Positions 10,548 to 20,709 of a stretch of 64,000 nt of DNA are shown one piece after another. The notes under the pieces were generated by a model. It searched no databases. It saw only the letters and a program-made list of their open reading frames with translations, and was not told the DNA's origin. A program made the position numbers and the translations under genes. Each line of letters starts with the position of its first letter. Within the stretch, counting starts at the first letter, position 1. Origin of the DNA: an archaeon (GTDB lineage Archaea; Iainarchaeota; Iainarchaeia; Iainarchaeales; JAAZKV01); the NCBI GenBank assembly GCA_041653195.1, contig JBAZFU010000001.1, positions 70,545-134,544 on the forward strand, given 5' to 3'.

Positions 10548-12362
10548 ATGGCCGAAGAATACCTGAACCAATTGATGAAACAATTAAAGGAAAAAAGCGA
10601 ACCAGAGACGGAAAACGAAAAAATTCCCGACGCAGGCGTTAAACTTTCCGGAACAAAAAAAATAAGCCAAATAGAAGAGGAAATAATTGTCTCGGAAAAA
10701 AATGCCGACGAATCTTTTGTGAGAGCCCCCACCTATTCCGCAGAAACCGTCGAAAGCGAAGCGGAAGAAAAACAAAAAATTATGCCTGCACAGAGAATGA
10801 GTGCAAATGATGCCCTCTCTCCGCTAAAAAAAGAAATCAGTGAAGGAAGCGAACCAATACCCGACGCCGCGGAAAAAACGACTGCCGAAAAAGAAGTGGA
10901 AAAAAGTCAAAAAATAGAACTAAAGTCCTATGGAAAAGTAAAAATATTCAGGATACCGGAAAAACCGTTGCCGTACTACTTCATCCCGACTCCGCGCCCA
11001 ACCTCTGCAGAAAGAAAAATAATAAACACAATAAAAGAGGCAACAACAAGACTAATATCAATTGCGCCTTACAAAGTGCGCGACCCCGAACAAAGAAGAA
11101 TAGTTTACAAACAAAAAATAATCGAAATACTAAAAAACAGCCCTTCGCTCAAAGTGCCCGAAAGCAGAATAAATTTTTACGCCGAAGCCGTGGTAAGAGA
11201 AATGGTCGGATACGGAATAATTGACGACTTGATAAAGGACGACCAACTCGAAGAAATAATGGTAATCGGACCGAAACAACCCATCTACGTTTTCCACAGA
11301 GAATTCGAAATGATGAGCACCAACATAGAATTCTTTTCAGAACAAGAAATAGAGGACTTGGTAAACAAAATCGCAAGAGAAGTAGGAAGAAGAGTTGATG
11401 TTTCAGCGCCGCTACTTGATGCAAGACTTCCCGACGGAAGCAGAGTAAACGCAACAATACCTCCCGCGTCAATAAGCGGAGGAACACTCACAATAAGAAA
11501 ATTCAAGGCAGACCCCTACTCAATAATTGATTTAATAAAAATAGGAACTATTTCAAGCGAAGCGGCAGCATTCCTCTGGCTCTGCGTAGAAGGAATGAAT
11601 GTAAAACCGGCGAACATACTGATTTCGGGAGGAACCGGATCCGGAAAAACAACACTATTAAATATTTTAACCGCATTCGTTCCGGAAAGAGAAAGAGTAA
11701 TTACAATCGAAGACACTGCAGAATTAAGTTTGCCGCTAAAACACTGGATAAGAATGGAAGCAAGACCGCCCGGATTGGAAGGAACAGGCGAATTGAAAAT
11801 GGATATTCTTACAAAAAACTCTCTCCGAATGAGACCTGACAGAATAATTGTCGGAGAAGTAAGGCACGAAGAAGCATTCACGCTTTTCACCGCACTTAAC
11901 ACCGGCCACGACGGATGCATGGGAACGGTTCACGCAAACAGCCCACAGGAAACAATAATCAGGGTAACAAACCCGCCGATGAATGTCCCAAAAATAATGC
12001 TCAGCGGATTAGACATGATAATAATAGAACACAGACTGCACGACAGAAAAAAAGGAACAATAAGAAGGATAACCGAAATGGCGGAAGTTTACAACGCGCT
12101 TGAAGGGGACCCAAAAACAGAAACGATTTACAAATGGGACCCTGTAAAAGACTCGCTTGAAAGAACACTTGTAAACAGCAAGTATGTTAACAATCTCCAA
12201 ATATTCAGCGGACTAAACAAAGAACAAATCAACGCCGAAATAAACATAAGAAAAACTTTTTTAGACGAACTCACAAAACAAAATATTCGAAGCATTTTAG
12301 CCGTTTCATCAGCAACAAAAAAATTCTTGGAAAAAAGAGCCGAAGCGAGTGATTTGAAATGA
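10548..12362 (+). CDS. Type IV pilus assembly ATPase (CpaF/VirB11 family)
   Basis: DARLPDGSRVNA, Walker A GGTGSGKTT, IEDTAEL, LRMRPDRIIVGEVR, GTVHAN. Confidence 0.95.
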   Translation: MAEEYLNQLMKQLKEKSEPETENEKIPDAGVKLSGTKKISQIEEEIIVSEKNADESFVRAPTYSAETVESEAEEKQKIMPAQRMSANDALSPLKKEISEGSEPIPDAAEKTTAEKEVEKSQKIELKSYGKVKIFRIPEKPLPYYFIPTPRPTSAERKIINTIKEATTRLISIAPYKVRDPEQRRIVYKQKIIEILKNSPSLKVPESRINFYAEAVVREMVGYGIIDDLIKDDQLEEIMVIGPKQPIYVFHREFEMMSTNIEFFSEQEIEDLVNKIAREVGRRVDVSAPLLDARLPDGSRVNATIPPASISGGTLTIRKFKADPYSIIDLIKIGTISSEAAAFLWLCVEGMNVKPANILISGGTGSGKTTLLNILTAFVPERERVITIEDTAELSLPLKHWIRMEARPPGLEGTGELKMDILTKNSLRMRPDRIIVGEVRHEEAFTLFTALNTGHDGCMGTVHANSPQETIIRVTNPPMNVPKIMLSGLDMIIIEHRLHDRKKGTIRRITEMAEVYNALEGDPKTETIYKWDPVKDSLERTLVNSKYVNNLQIFSGLNKEQINAEINIRKTFLDELTKQNIRSILAVSSATKKFLEKRAEASDLK

Positions 12363-13465
12363 GCGGACTTGAACAGGGAAACTATTCAATAGACAAGGAA
12401 GAAGTGGACAGAATAGTCGAAGGAATGAAAAAAAAATACCAAGAAGAAGGAATGCACTTTGAAGAAGTTTCAGAAAACCTGCGCGAACTAAGAGGAATAA
12501 TTTCAGAAGAATCTTATTCAAAAATAGACATAGAAAGCGAATCGGATGTGGAAAACTTTGATTCCAAAGCAATGCAATTCTTCGGAAACCTTTACCTAAA
12601 AACAAGAGGAATACTCAAACCTATACAGGAATCACTCAAAAAACTCCCGTCAAACAAAGAACTGAGCTATTACCTCTACTCCGCAAATATGCAATACTCG
12701 TCAAACCAATATTTGGCAATATCAAGTGCGGTCGGGCTGCTCGCCGGCCTAATCATATTCGCATCAATATTATTAGTCGGAGCAATACTGCTAAGCCCGC
12801 TAATAGCAATACTTGCATTCCCCATGGCAATGTTTGCCGGAATAATCGCAACGGTAATAACCCTCATAATCCCAAAACAAAAGGCAACTGCAAGAGGCGA
12901 TGCGTGCTCGGTTGAACTGCCATTCGCTTTAAGACACATGGCAACCGAACTCAAAGCAGGAATCGGACTATACAAAACAATACAAGCTGTTGCGGCAGCG
13001 AATTACGGAGTGCTAAGCGAAGAATTTGCAAGAACAATAAATGAAATAGAAGAAGGAACAGACACAAGCCTCGCGCTCAGACACCTCGCACTAAGAACAC
13101 AAAGCAGACCGCTAAAAACTGCAATAATGCACATAATAAGAGCGATGAGAATCGGCGGAAACCTTTCAAATATAATAAATGAAATCGCAAACGATGTCTC
13201 GGAAGACCTGCGAAACAGAATAAACGCATTCTCCCAAAAAATGAATCTATTCTCGGTAATATTCATCTTCATCGGAATAGTTATGCCTGTAGGAATAACA
13301 ATACTCGGCGCAATAAGAAACTCGCCAATAACGAGCGGCGGACAGGAACTGTTTAGTGCGATTCCGCTCACACCTCCAATAATGATAATATTTTACTTAG
13401 TCGCAATGCCATCACTATTCATAATGCTAAATTTTATGATTTATGTAATGCAACCAAAAATGTGA
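12359..13465 (+). CDS. Type IV pilus membrane platform protein (T2SSF/TadB-C)
   Basis: ELPFALRHMATELKAG, YGVLSEEF, TM helices; overlaps the ATPase stop. Confidence 0.9.
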   Translation: MSGLEQGNYSIDKEEVDRIVEGMKKKYQEEGMHFEEVSENLRELRGIISEESYSKIDIESESDVENFDSKAMQFFGNLYLKTRGILKPIQESLKKLPSNKELSYYLYSANMQYSSNQYLAISSAVGLLAGLIIFASILLVGAILLSPLIAILAFPMAMFAGIIATVITLIIPKQKATARGDACSVELPFALRHMATELKAGIGLYKTIQAVAAANYGVLSEEFARTINEIEEGTDTSLALRHLALRTQSRPLKTAIMHIIRAMRIGGNLSNIINEIANDVSEDLRNRINAFSQKMNLFSVIFIFIGIVMPVGITILGAIRNSPITSGGQELFSAIPLTPPIMIIFYLVAMPSLFIMLNFMIYVMQPKM

Positions 13466-14391
13466 AACAAAAAAGGGATGTTATGAATTTAGTAGAAGAA
13501 TATACATCATGGATAGAATTCAGCAGAATACCAATAAAGGCACCCGTGTGGGTTGCGATGTCAATAATAGTTGCAGGCCTTGTAGGAGGACTTTCTCTTG
13601 TAATGACCTTCATTATACTTCATGAAGTAACACTGCTTCCGGTAGCATTCGCAATAGCAACACTGGTATTACTCCTCGGCTACCCTTACATGAAAACCGA
13701 ATCCATAATAGACTCTATCGAAAAAAATTTCAGCGACGCACTCAAACAAATGGCAGACACTCTAAAAGCAGGAGACACTTATGAAAGCGCGCTACGCGAA
13801 GTAGCGAATGCGGAATATGGAAGACTCTCGGAAGAAATGGACTCCGCACTCAGAAGACTGGAAGAAGGAGAAAATCTTGAAACATCACTAACAGGCTTCG
13901 CTGAAAAAGTAAATTCAAAACTTGTTAGAAGAACAATGACAATAATACTTGATTCTATAAGAACCGGGGCAAGCCTCGCGGACATACTTGACGAAATATC
14001 CGATGATGTACGAGCCATAGAAAGAATAAAAGAAGAAAGAAAATCAAACACCACAATGCAATTCATGTTCATGGCGCTGGCGGGCGGATTAATAGCCCCT
14101 GCAATATTCGGCGAAGTAAACAGCGTGATGACGATATTTTCAAAAGTTTCACTAAAAATGCTTGCAACAAGCCAACTCGAAGCAAGCCAACAGGTTACAA
14201 ACTTAATATTGCTATTAATACAATCCTATTTGATAATTGAGGTTGTAGCATCAGGCGCAATGATGTCAATAATAAGAGAAGGAAAGTTGAACAAAAGCGT
14301 TATATATATCCCACTCCTATTATTGCTTGCTTTCATAGCATACTACGCCACTAGAGCGGGAACTGCCGCACTAATAGGGAGCGCAGTGTGA
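13462..14391 (+). CDS. Type IV pilus membrane platform protein (T2SSF/TadC)
   Basis: FSDALKQMADTLKAG, YGRLSEEM; paralog of the preceding gene. Confidence 0.9.
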   Translation: MKQKRDVMNLVEEYTSWIEFSRIPIKAPVWVAMSIIVAGLVGGLSLVMTFIILHEVTLLPVAFAIATLVLLLGYPYMKTESIIDSIEKNFSDALKQMADTLKAGDTYESALREVANAEYGRLSEEMDSALRRLEEGENLETSLTGFAEKVNSKLVRRTMTIILDSIRTGASLADILDEISDDVRAIERIKEERKSNTTMQFMFMALAGGLIAPAIFGEVNSVMTIFSKVSLKMLATSQLEASQQVTNLILLLIQSYLIIEVVASGAMMSIIREGKLNKSVIYIPLLLLLAFIAYYATRAGTAALIGSAV

Positions 14392-14435
14392 TTTAATACA
14401 AAAAATAGTTTTAAAAAAATCAGAGGATTGAGAAA

Positions 14436-14576
14436 ATGGAAGAAAGAGCACAAATAAATTTAGAGTACCTGTTAATAATCGCGGGAGCAGTAGTAGTAGC
14501 AACCACTGTGGGATTGTTCATAAAACAAAGCGCGTCCGCAATAACAAGTTCCGCTCAAGAACAGGCACAGAACTAA
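14436..14576 (+). CDS. Small pilin (class III signal peptide), 46 aa
   Basis: Below the ORF-track cutoff: MEERAQ/INLEYLLIIAGAVVVATTVGLFIKQSASAITSSAQEQAQN. Confidence 0.85.
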   Translation: MEERAQINLEYLLIIAGAVVVATTVGLFIKQSASAITSSAQEQAQN

Positions 14577-14680
14577 AAAAACCACGTATTCTTATTTGGA
14601 AAAAAAATCCAAAACATTTAAAAACCAGAAAAACCTTATAGCTCCAGAATTATTCTTACAACCAAAAAGGAGGTTTACAA

Positions 14681-14944
14681 ATGAAAGGAAGAGGACAAGG
14701 ATCGCTGGAGTACCTGCTCATAATCGGAGCAGCACTAATAATCGCGATAATTGTAATTGCAGTAGTAACCGGACTTGGTTCAAACAATGCTCCACCAACA
14801 AGTGATGTTCAGGCACAAGCCGATGTTGGAAAATGCCTAAACAATTGTTGTGAATTTGGAATAAATTCTGATAAAAACTGTGAAACAATAAATCCTGCTG
14901 CATGCCAATTGCCAGACAATAACAGCAACTGGAAGGGCTGTTAA
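14681..14944 (+). CDS. Pilin with Cys-rich C-terminal module
   Basis: KGRGQGSLEYLLII class III signal; GGAGG SD. Confidence 0.88.
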   Translation: MKGRGQGSLEYLLIIGAALIIAIIVIAVVTGLGSNNAPPTSDVQAQADVGKCLNNCCEFGINSDKNCETINPAACQLPDNNSNWKGC

Positions 14945-15099
14945 AAAAAATATTCTATTTCGGGATGACGCCCAAGAATAAGCATTTTTGGGCGCCATTT
15001 CTAATTTTTTTAAATTTTCAACCATAAATATTTTCCAATTTTTTATCCCGATTGCATTAAGGCAAATGTTTAAAAACTAGAAAAGCGTTATAGAACACA

Positions 15100-15591
15100 A
15101 TGGACAAACGCGGACAAGGCGCACTAGAGTACCTGCTCATAATCGGAGCAGCGCTGGTAATTGCAATAATAGTTATTTCTGTAATAGTTTTGACTGGGAC
15201 ATCTACTGACACAAGCGCCTCAACATCAAGTGCAGCAAACAAGTTGGACCAAACGAACTGTCTAAACGACTGCTGCTACAAAAGCAAAACAAGCGACCAA
15301 AACTGCGAAACAATACTTTCAAATTACTGCGCAATACCTCCTGCAAGCAGCGACGACTCGAATACTTACAAATATGAAAACTATTACAAGGAATGCGTTC
15401 CGAATTTCGTGAGAGGGGGCGATATAGCAAAATGTACTGCCACTATAAGCGGGTGCTGCTACAATGCTCCAACAACCGATAAAAACTGCGACTTAATAAT
15501 TCCAAGCGTTTGTATAGGTCCGACAAATTGCGCGGATTTGCCGACACAACCAGAAATAGACGCGTGCGACGCCAGATACCAAGGCTGCTAA
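15100..15591 (+). CDS. Pilin with two Cys-rich modules
   Basis: KRGQGALEYLLII class III signal. Confidence 0.88.
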   Translation: MDKRGQGALEYLLIIGAALVIAIIVISVIVLTGTSTDTSASTSSAANKLDQTNCLNDCCYKSKTSDQNCETILSNYCAIPPASSDDSNTYKYENYYKECVPNFVRGGDIAKCTATISGCCYNAPTTDKNCDLIIPSVCIGPTNCADLPTQPEIDACDARYQGC

Positions 15592-15689
15592 CATTAGGCT
15601 TAAATTATTCTTTCTGCAACAGAAACTATTTTTGTTTGCACCAAAACCATAAACACAATCTTTAAATACCTGAATGAATTATTATTAGC

Positions 15690-16046
15690 ATGGAAAAATC
15701 AAAACGCGGACAAGGTGCAATAGAGTACCTGCTTCTTCTAGCTGCAGGAGTAATAGTAGTTGCAGTAGTGATGATATTTTTAATTAACTCAACAACCGTT
15801 GGAAAAGAAAGCGGTTGCGCCGGTTTAAACACGTATTTGTGCGACAACTTAGACTCTAATACCGAGACCTGCGCATGCTATACCGGAAATGCAAACGGCT
15901 ACTGGTCAAGTTTGGATTGTAATACCAGTGTCTGCAAAGGACAACAAGCTTCTGTGTGCTGCAATAAGGACTGTACAGAACTCAACAGCAAGTGGAAGGA
16001 TACGAACAGCCAGTTAGGACCAACAAGTCCAAAACTTTGCGGATAA
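15690..16046 (+). CDS. Pilin, Cys-rich
   Basis: KRGQGAIEYLLLL class III signal. Confidence 0.88.
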   Translation: MEKSKRGQGAIEYLLLLAAGVIVVAVVMIFLINSTTVGKESGCAGLNTYLCDNLDSNTETCACYTGNANGYWSSLDCNTSVCKGQQASVCCNKDCTELNSKWKDTNSQLGPTSPKLCG

Positions 16047-16066
16047 AAAAAACCAAGTGTCAAAAA

Positions 16067-16243
16067 ATGTTTGAAGAAGAAAGAGCGCAAGTTTCTTTCG
16101 AATACCTACTCACAGCAGTCTTTGGAATAATGCTCGCGATAAGCGCCGCAATAATCATAGAAACTCTAAGAGAAATCGCATTGCGTGCACAGGCAGACAT
16201 ACTAACCACAAGAGAAGAAGTAATCACGAATATAATGGAATAA
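16067..16243 (+). CDS. Small pilin
   Basis: MFEEERAQVSFEYLLTAVFG; start reassigned to the internal ATG. Confidence 0.85.
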   Translation: MFEEERAQVSFEYLLTAVFGIMLAISAAIIIETLREIALRAQADILTTREEVITNIME

Positions 16244-16317
16244 AATTTTCAAATCAAAAACTTGCTGCAAAATAAATGGTTTTTTAAACACAAAAAACAA
16301 TCTCTTATTGAATCAAA

Positions 16318-17439
16318 ATGTTTCTAGCACTTCCAATAATCGCCTCGATAATTGGGCTTCTGGGCGCGACCTACACGGACCTTAAAGAAAGAATAGTGCC
16401 AAACAAGCTGAATTACGGGCTGGCAATTACGGGAATATTATTATATTCTGCGCAAAGCGTAATCGAATCAAACGCGACCCCTGTTCTTTATTCAATTGGG
16501 GGGCTCGCCGCAGGATTCGTATTCGGATGGGCCCTGTGGAAAATCGGAGTATTTGCCGGAGGAGACGTAAAATTATTTGCCGGACTCGGAGCACTTAACC
16601 CAGTAACCCCCTTCATCGCACAAACGCTTCTGCCTATTCAAATTTCTTATATTCAAATTCCTTTCATTTTTCCGATAACTCTTTTCATAAATTCATTAGT
16701 AGCATTCCTTCCATACGGACTAATAGTATTGCTTTACAAATTATCAAAAAACAAAAAATTTCAAAAAAAAATAGCAGCCGAAATGCTTACAAAAACAAAA
16801 CAAGCAATACACCTCGCTCTTTTTTCCGCCGCAACCTATACCATACTGACAGCCCTTTCAATAAACCCGATTATTTCAATCGCCATCGTAATAATTTGGA
16901 GCCTTACTAGAAACCTCAAAAAAATAATCACTGCAATTGCTTCAATAGCGGCAATTTCACTAAATTTTTCTGTATTTGGACAGGCTTTTGTAGCAATCGC
17001 CATTGTGACTGTAATACTTTACGGAATAATCAAACTGCTTTTTTCATTAAGACCGCTGTTATCAAAAGAAGTTTTGATTACTCGCCTTGAAGAGGGAATG
17101 ATTCCTGCAGACACTTTTGTGAAAAAAGACGGCAAAATAATAATTGCTGAAAAAATTTCGTTCAAACAAATAATTAAATACGCGAAAACACAAAAGATAA
17201 GTGAAATGGTAAAAGAATTCTCCTTACAGAAAAAGGAAATTATTTCTGCAAACAGGGCCAGGGGGCTCACTTTGAAAGAAATTGCAATTGTAAAAAAATT
17301 TGCAAAAGAAGGAAAAATGCCAAAAAAAATAACCATAAAAGAATCGATGCCATTTGTTCCGACAATGATGCTCGGTTACCTGCTCTGCATGGCCGCAGGA
17401 GACTTTATAATAATGACTTTGCTGAAGGTGATTTTTTGA
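16318..17439 (+). CDS. A24-family prepilin peptidase (EppA/FlaK-like)
   Basis: TDLKERIVPN and AGGDVKL catalytic Asp motifs, C-terminal MPFVP. Confidence 0.92.
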   Translation: MFLALPIIASIIGLLGATYTDLKERIVPNKLNYGLAITGILLYSAQSVIESNATPVLYSIGGLAAGFVFGWALWKIGVFAGGDVKLFAGLGALNPVTPFIAQTLLPIQISYIQIPFIFPITLFINSLVAFLPYGLIVLLYKLSKNKKFQKKIAAEMLTKTKQAIHLALFSAATYTILTALSINPIISIAIVIIWSLTRNLKKIITAIASIAAISLNFSVFGQAFVAIAIVTVILYGIIKLLFSLRPLLSKEVLITRLEEGMIPADTFVKKDGKIIIAEKISFKQIIKYAKTQKISEMVKEFSLQKKEIISANRARGLTLKEIAIVKKFAKEGKMPKKITIKESMPFVPTMMLGYLLCMAAGDFIIMTLLKVIF

Positions 17440-17897
17440 AACGCGGACAAACATCAATCGAGTTCATAATAATAATTTTGATAGTTGTGTTGTTTGTAAT
17501 AACTACTACAAAGCCGCTGATTGAAAACGCCAAAGGGATAACTGAGGACATTGTAAATATTACAAGAGCAAACAGCGAAACAAAACGAATTGCCAATGCC
17601 GCAACGGAAATATCTCTAATGGGCGTCAGTTCAAAAAAAACAATCGAAGTTTCTATTCCTGCAAAAGCAACACTGCACTGCTACCAAGACAAAAATGTCG
17701 GATTTACTGTTGAATTACAAGTTCCGCCTTATCCAAAAGACTGCAATAACGGGATATGCGACAAAAATATTCTAACGCCAACATCATTCAACGGCAGTTC
17801 GCCAATTTCGTGCAATTCGCAATTCGAAAATATAAAAGGTCAAAAAACGATAGTAATTGAAAAGGACGATGAATCAAAAATTTCAATACACCCGTAA
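17436..17897 (+). CDS. Minor pilin-like protein
   Basis: KRGQTSIEF followed by a hydrophobic stretch. Confidence 0.82.
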   Translation: MKRGQTSIEFIIIILIVVLFVITTTKPLIENAKGITEDIVNITRANSETKRIANAATEISLMGVSSKKTIEVSIPAKATLHCYQDKNVGFTVELQVPPYPKDCNNGICDKNILTPTSFNGSSPISCNSQFENIKGQKTIVIEKDDESKISIHP

Positions 17898-17920
17898 AAA
17901 GAAAACTAAAAGGGCAAAAA

Positions 17921-18271
17921 ATGAAACAAAAGGGACAAACAAATTTCGAGGCGCTGATACTGCTTCTACTGGTAATAAGCTCCGCAATATTCATATCCGC
18001 GCTTTACTTTCAAACCCATGACATCACAATTGCAACGGCCATTGCAAGAAATGATATTTTAAAACAACTCAATTCAATCGATGAACAGATTGAGATAGAA
18101 AGCGTAAAAGTAACTGTGAATTCGTTAAAAGACGCAAATATAAATATTAAAACTTCTCCAGAAACCGTTTATTCATCGAATCTTGATTCGGAAAAACTCG
18201 CGGAAACCGCTGCAAAAATAAAATCCGACACCTCATTCAATCACATACTAATTAAAATTAACGACAACTAG
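17921..18271 (+). CDS. Minor pilin-like protein
   Basis: QKGQTNFEALILL. Confidence 0.8.
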   Translation: MKQKGQTNFEALILLLLVISSAIFISALYFQTHDITIATAIARNDILKQLNSIDEQIEIESVKVTVNSLKDANINIKTSPETVYSSNLDSEKLAETAAKIKSDTSFNHILIKINDN

Positions 18272-18364
18272 AGCCCCTTGCATTTTCCGCCCGCCACGTT
18301 TTTCTGTTTCGTTAAGCGACGAAAAAAACACCTTGTTTTTATTCCTGCAAAAAAAATCCTTTTA

Positions 18365-18703
18365 ATGAATGAACAAAATCTTGCACGAATATGTCTTGCA
18401 ATAAGCGCAACCGGAATAATTCTGTTTATAATTTTCTATGCGCCCGAATTTGAAGAAAAAAGCATAAAAGAGATGCTTGAATCGGATGCGGAAAAAACAG
18501 GAATTATTTTCGGCAGAGTGGATTACGTAATAAAAAATACGCCGTCAACAAGCTTTATCCTAAACGACGGAAGCACAATTCTAATTTATTTTCCAAAACA
18601 AACAGAACTCAAAAAAAATGATTTCGTAAAAGTTTATGGAACAACGCAGGAATACGGCGATCAGAATGAAATATACGCTTACAAACTGGTCGTGGAAAAA
18701 TGA
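18365..18703 (+). CDS. Membrane-anchored OB-fold-like protein
   Basis: N-terminal TM helix, then a beta-rich region ending KKNDFVKVYGTTQEYGDQNEIYA. Confidence 0.65.
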   Translation: MNEQNLARICLAISATGIILFIIFYAPEFEEKSIKEMLESDAEKTGIIFGRVDYVIKNTPSTSFILNDGSTILIYFPKQTELKKNDFVKVYGTTQEYGDQNEIYAYKLVVEK

Positions 18704-19863
18704 TAATTATCTTTTGTTTCCTCGGAATAATTGCAGGAATAATTGCGGGCTTAACGCCGGGATTGCATGCCAACAATATTGCAATAATCGCTTTGACAAG
18801 CCCGTTTTTCGGAGAGGATTTTGCGGCGTTTATACTTAGCATGTGCATCGTGCAAACATTTGTCGATTTTGTTCCCACAATTTTTTTAGGCGCACCGGAC
18901 ACGGAAACATTTGAGGGCGTACTTCCCGGCCATGCAATGCTTCTTGAAGGCAAAGGGATGGAAGCAATCTGCCTAACTGTATTTGGCGGAATAATTGCCA
19001 TAACTTTTAGCACATTATTAATCCCATTTTTCTTTATTTTTATCACACAAAACAGCGAAGCGATAGTTACGGCAACGCCCCCCGTCCTGGCTTTCGCAAT
19101 ACTTATTTTTGTCCTAAGCGAAGAAACCCGAAATAAAAAAATAGCCGCGATATTCACAATAATTTGCGCCGGAACACAAGGATTACTTTTCAGAAACCAA
19201 ATATTTCCGCTGATTACTGGGTATTTTGGCATTCCTACTATTGCATATGCGCTGCAAAAACAAACCTGTCAAAAGATTCAGTCTAAAGAGGTTAAAATAG
19301 AAAAAACCGGATTGCGAGAGGGAATTTGGGGAGTAATCGGCGGTTCAATAGTTGCACTCTTGCCGGGAATAGGAAGCAATGTTGCAGCACGAATAATACG
19401 CACATTCACAACAAAAATAAAACGAACAAATTATTTGGTTTTGATAGGAAGCGCCAACACTTCAAACTTTTTTTTCTCATACATAGTGCTTTTCGCCCTT
19501 TCAAAAGCAAGAAACGGGGCAATGATAGTCCTTAAAGAAAAAATATTCTTCACGAACTATGCGCTTCTACTCGGCACCATAATAATGATTTTCGCCGGAG
19601 GAATTGGCGGAATGGCCACAATATTTCTTGCAAAAAGCGCAATAGGCTTTTTTAATGAAAAAAGAACACAAATTCTTTCAATATTTACTCTCGCACTCAT
19701 GATAATTCTCGTAGGCTTTTTCAATGGGCCGAGTGGATTAATCGCACTGGTTTTTTCGAGTGCGCTTGGATTTTTCGTAATATTCAAAAAAATAAAAAGA
19801 AGCAGTTGCATGGCTTCAATAATCATTCCCGCAATGCTTTTCTACACATTCACCCTAATTTAA
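18700..19863 (+). CDS. TctA-like (DUF112) membrane permease
   Basis: GLTPGLHAN, PTIFLGAPD, LPGHAMLLEGKG motifs; many TM helices. Confidence 0.85.
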   Translation: MIIIFCFLGIIAGIIAGLTPGLHANNIAIIALTSPFFGEDFAAFILSMCIVQTFVDFVPTIFLGAPDTETFEGVLPGHAMLLEGKGMEAICLTVFGGIIAITFSTLLIPFFFIFITQNSEAIVTATPPVLAFAILIFVLSEETRNKKIAAIFTIICAGTQGLLFRNQIFPLITGYFGIPTIAYALQKQTCQKIQSKEVKIEKTGLREGIWGVIGGSIVALLPGIGSNVAARIIRTFTTKIKRTNYLVLIGSANTSNFFFSYIVLFALSKARNGAMIVLKEKIFFTNYALLLGTIIMIFAGGIGGMATIFLAKSAIGFFNEKRTQILSIFTLALMIILVGFFNGPSGLIALVFSSALGFFVIFKKIKRSSCMASIIIPAMLFYTFTLI

Positions 19864-19865
19864 GG

Positions 19866-20243
19866 ATGGGTTGGAAAATAAAAAAAAATGTAATTGAAGC
19901 CATTATGGCCGCCTCAAAAGCCGCCTACCCAAATGAATTTGTTACATTACTTAGCGGAAGCGAAAAAGAAAAAATAGTTGATGAATATGCGATGTTGCCT
20001 GGAGACAGCGGGCCAACATTTGCTACGGTCGGCGGATGGGGCCTTGACGCCTACCCTGTAGACGAAAAATTAATAGGAAGCGCGCATTCTCATCCTTCCA
20101 ATTCAAATTTGCCAAGCATAGCGGACAAAAAATTCTTCAAGCAATACTTCTTAAACACCATAATTTGCGCCCCCTTTGAGATTCAAAATTTTGCTTTTTA
20201 CAACGCAAACGGGGAAAAAATAGGGGTTGAAATCATTGAATAG
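19866..20243 (+). CDS. JAB/MPN+ metalloprotease
   Basis: YPNE and HSHPSNSNLPSIAD JAMM motif. Confidence 0.9.
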   Translation: MGWKIKKNVIEAIMAASKAAYPNEFVTLLSGSEKEKIVDEYAMLPGDSGPTFATVGGWGLDAYPVDEKLIGSAHSHPSNSNLPSIADKKFFKQYFLNTIICAPFEIQNFAFYNANGEKIGVEIIE

Positions 20244-20277
20244 CAAGTTTAAAAAAAACAAAAAGCATTATCTCTGC

Positions 20278-20709
20278 ATGAAAAAAGGGCAGGTCAGCAT
20301 GGATTTCATGATTGCGGCGTTAATCGCAATAATTACAATCGGTTCCTTCCTAATAGTTGTTGAAAATTTTCGCGACGATTACGAAAAAATGTTTGTACAA
20401 AATCAACTCAAACAAATTTCTTCCAAAATAAGCTCTTTTGCAACCTCTTCCCAGGGAATGAATGGAACACAATTCAGAGTTGAAACACGACTTCCAAAAG
20501 TAATCTACAAAAACAGCACAATTCTTCCAACAATAAAATTTAATGACGCGCACACAAACGTGGACGTTAATGTTACAATAACAACCGCTTCCTCGGAAGG
20601 TTCAAAAAGCGAAATTCTAAGTTCAACAGCGTATTTCACAATTCCAGAAAACGCTAACATTGACATAAATCAACAAACATACCAATGGGTGGTAATAACA
20701 CGTGAATAA
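20278..20709 (+). CDS. Minor pilin-like protein
   Basis: MKKGQVSMDFMIAALI. Confidence 0.8.
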   Translation: MKKGQVSMDFMIAALIAIITIGSFLIVVENFRDDYEKMFVQNQLKQISSKISSFATSSQGMNGTQFRVETRLPKVIYKNSTILPTIKFNDAHTNVDVNVTITTASSEGSKSEILSSTAYFTIPENANIDINQQTYQWVVITRE

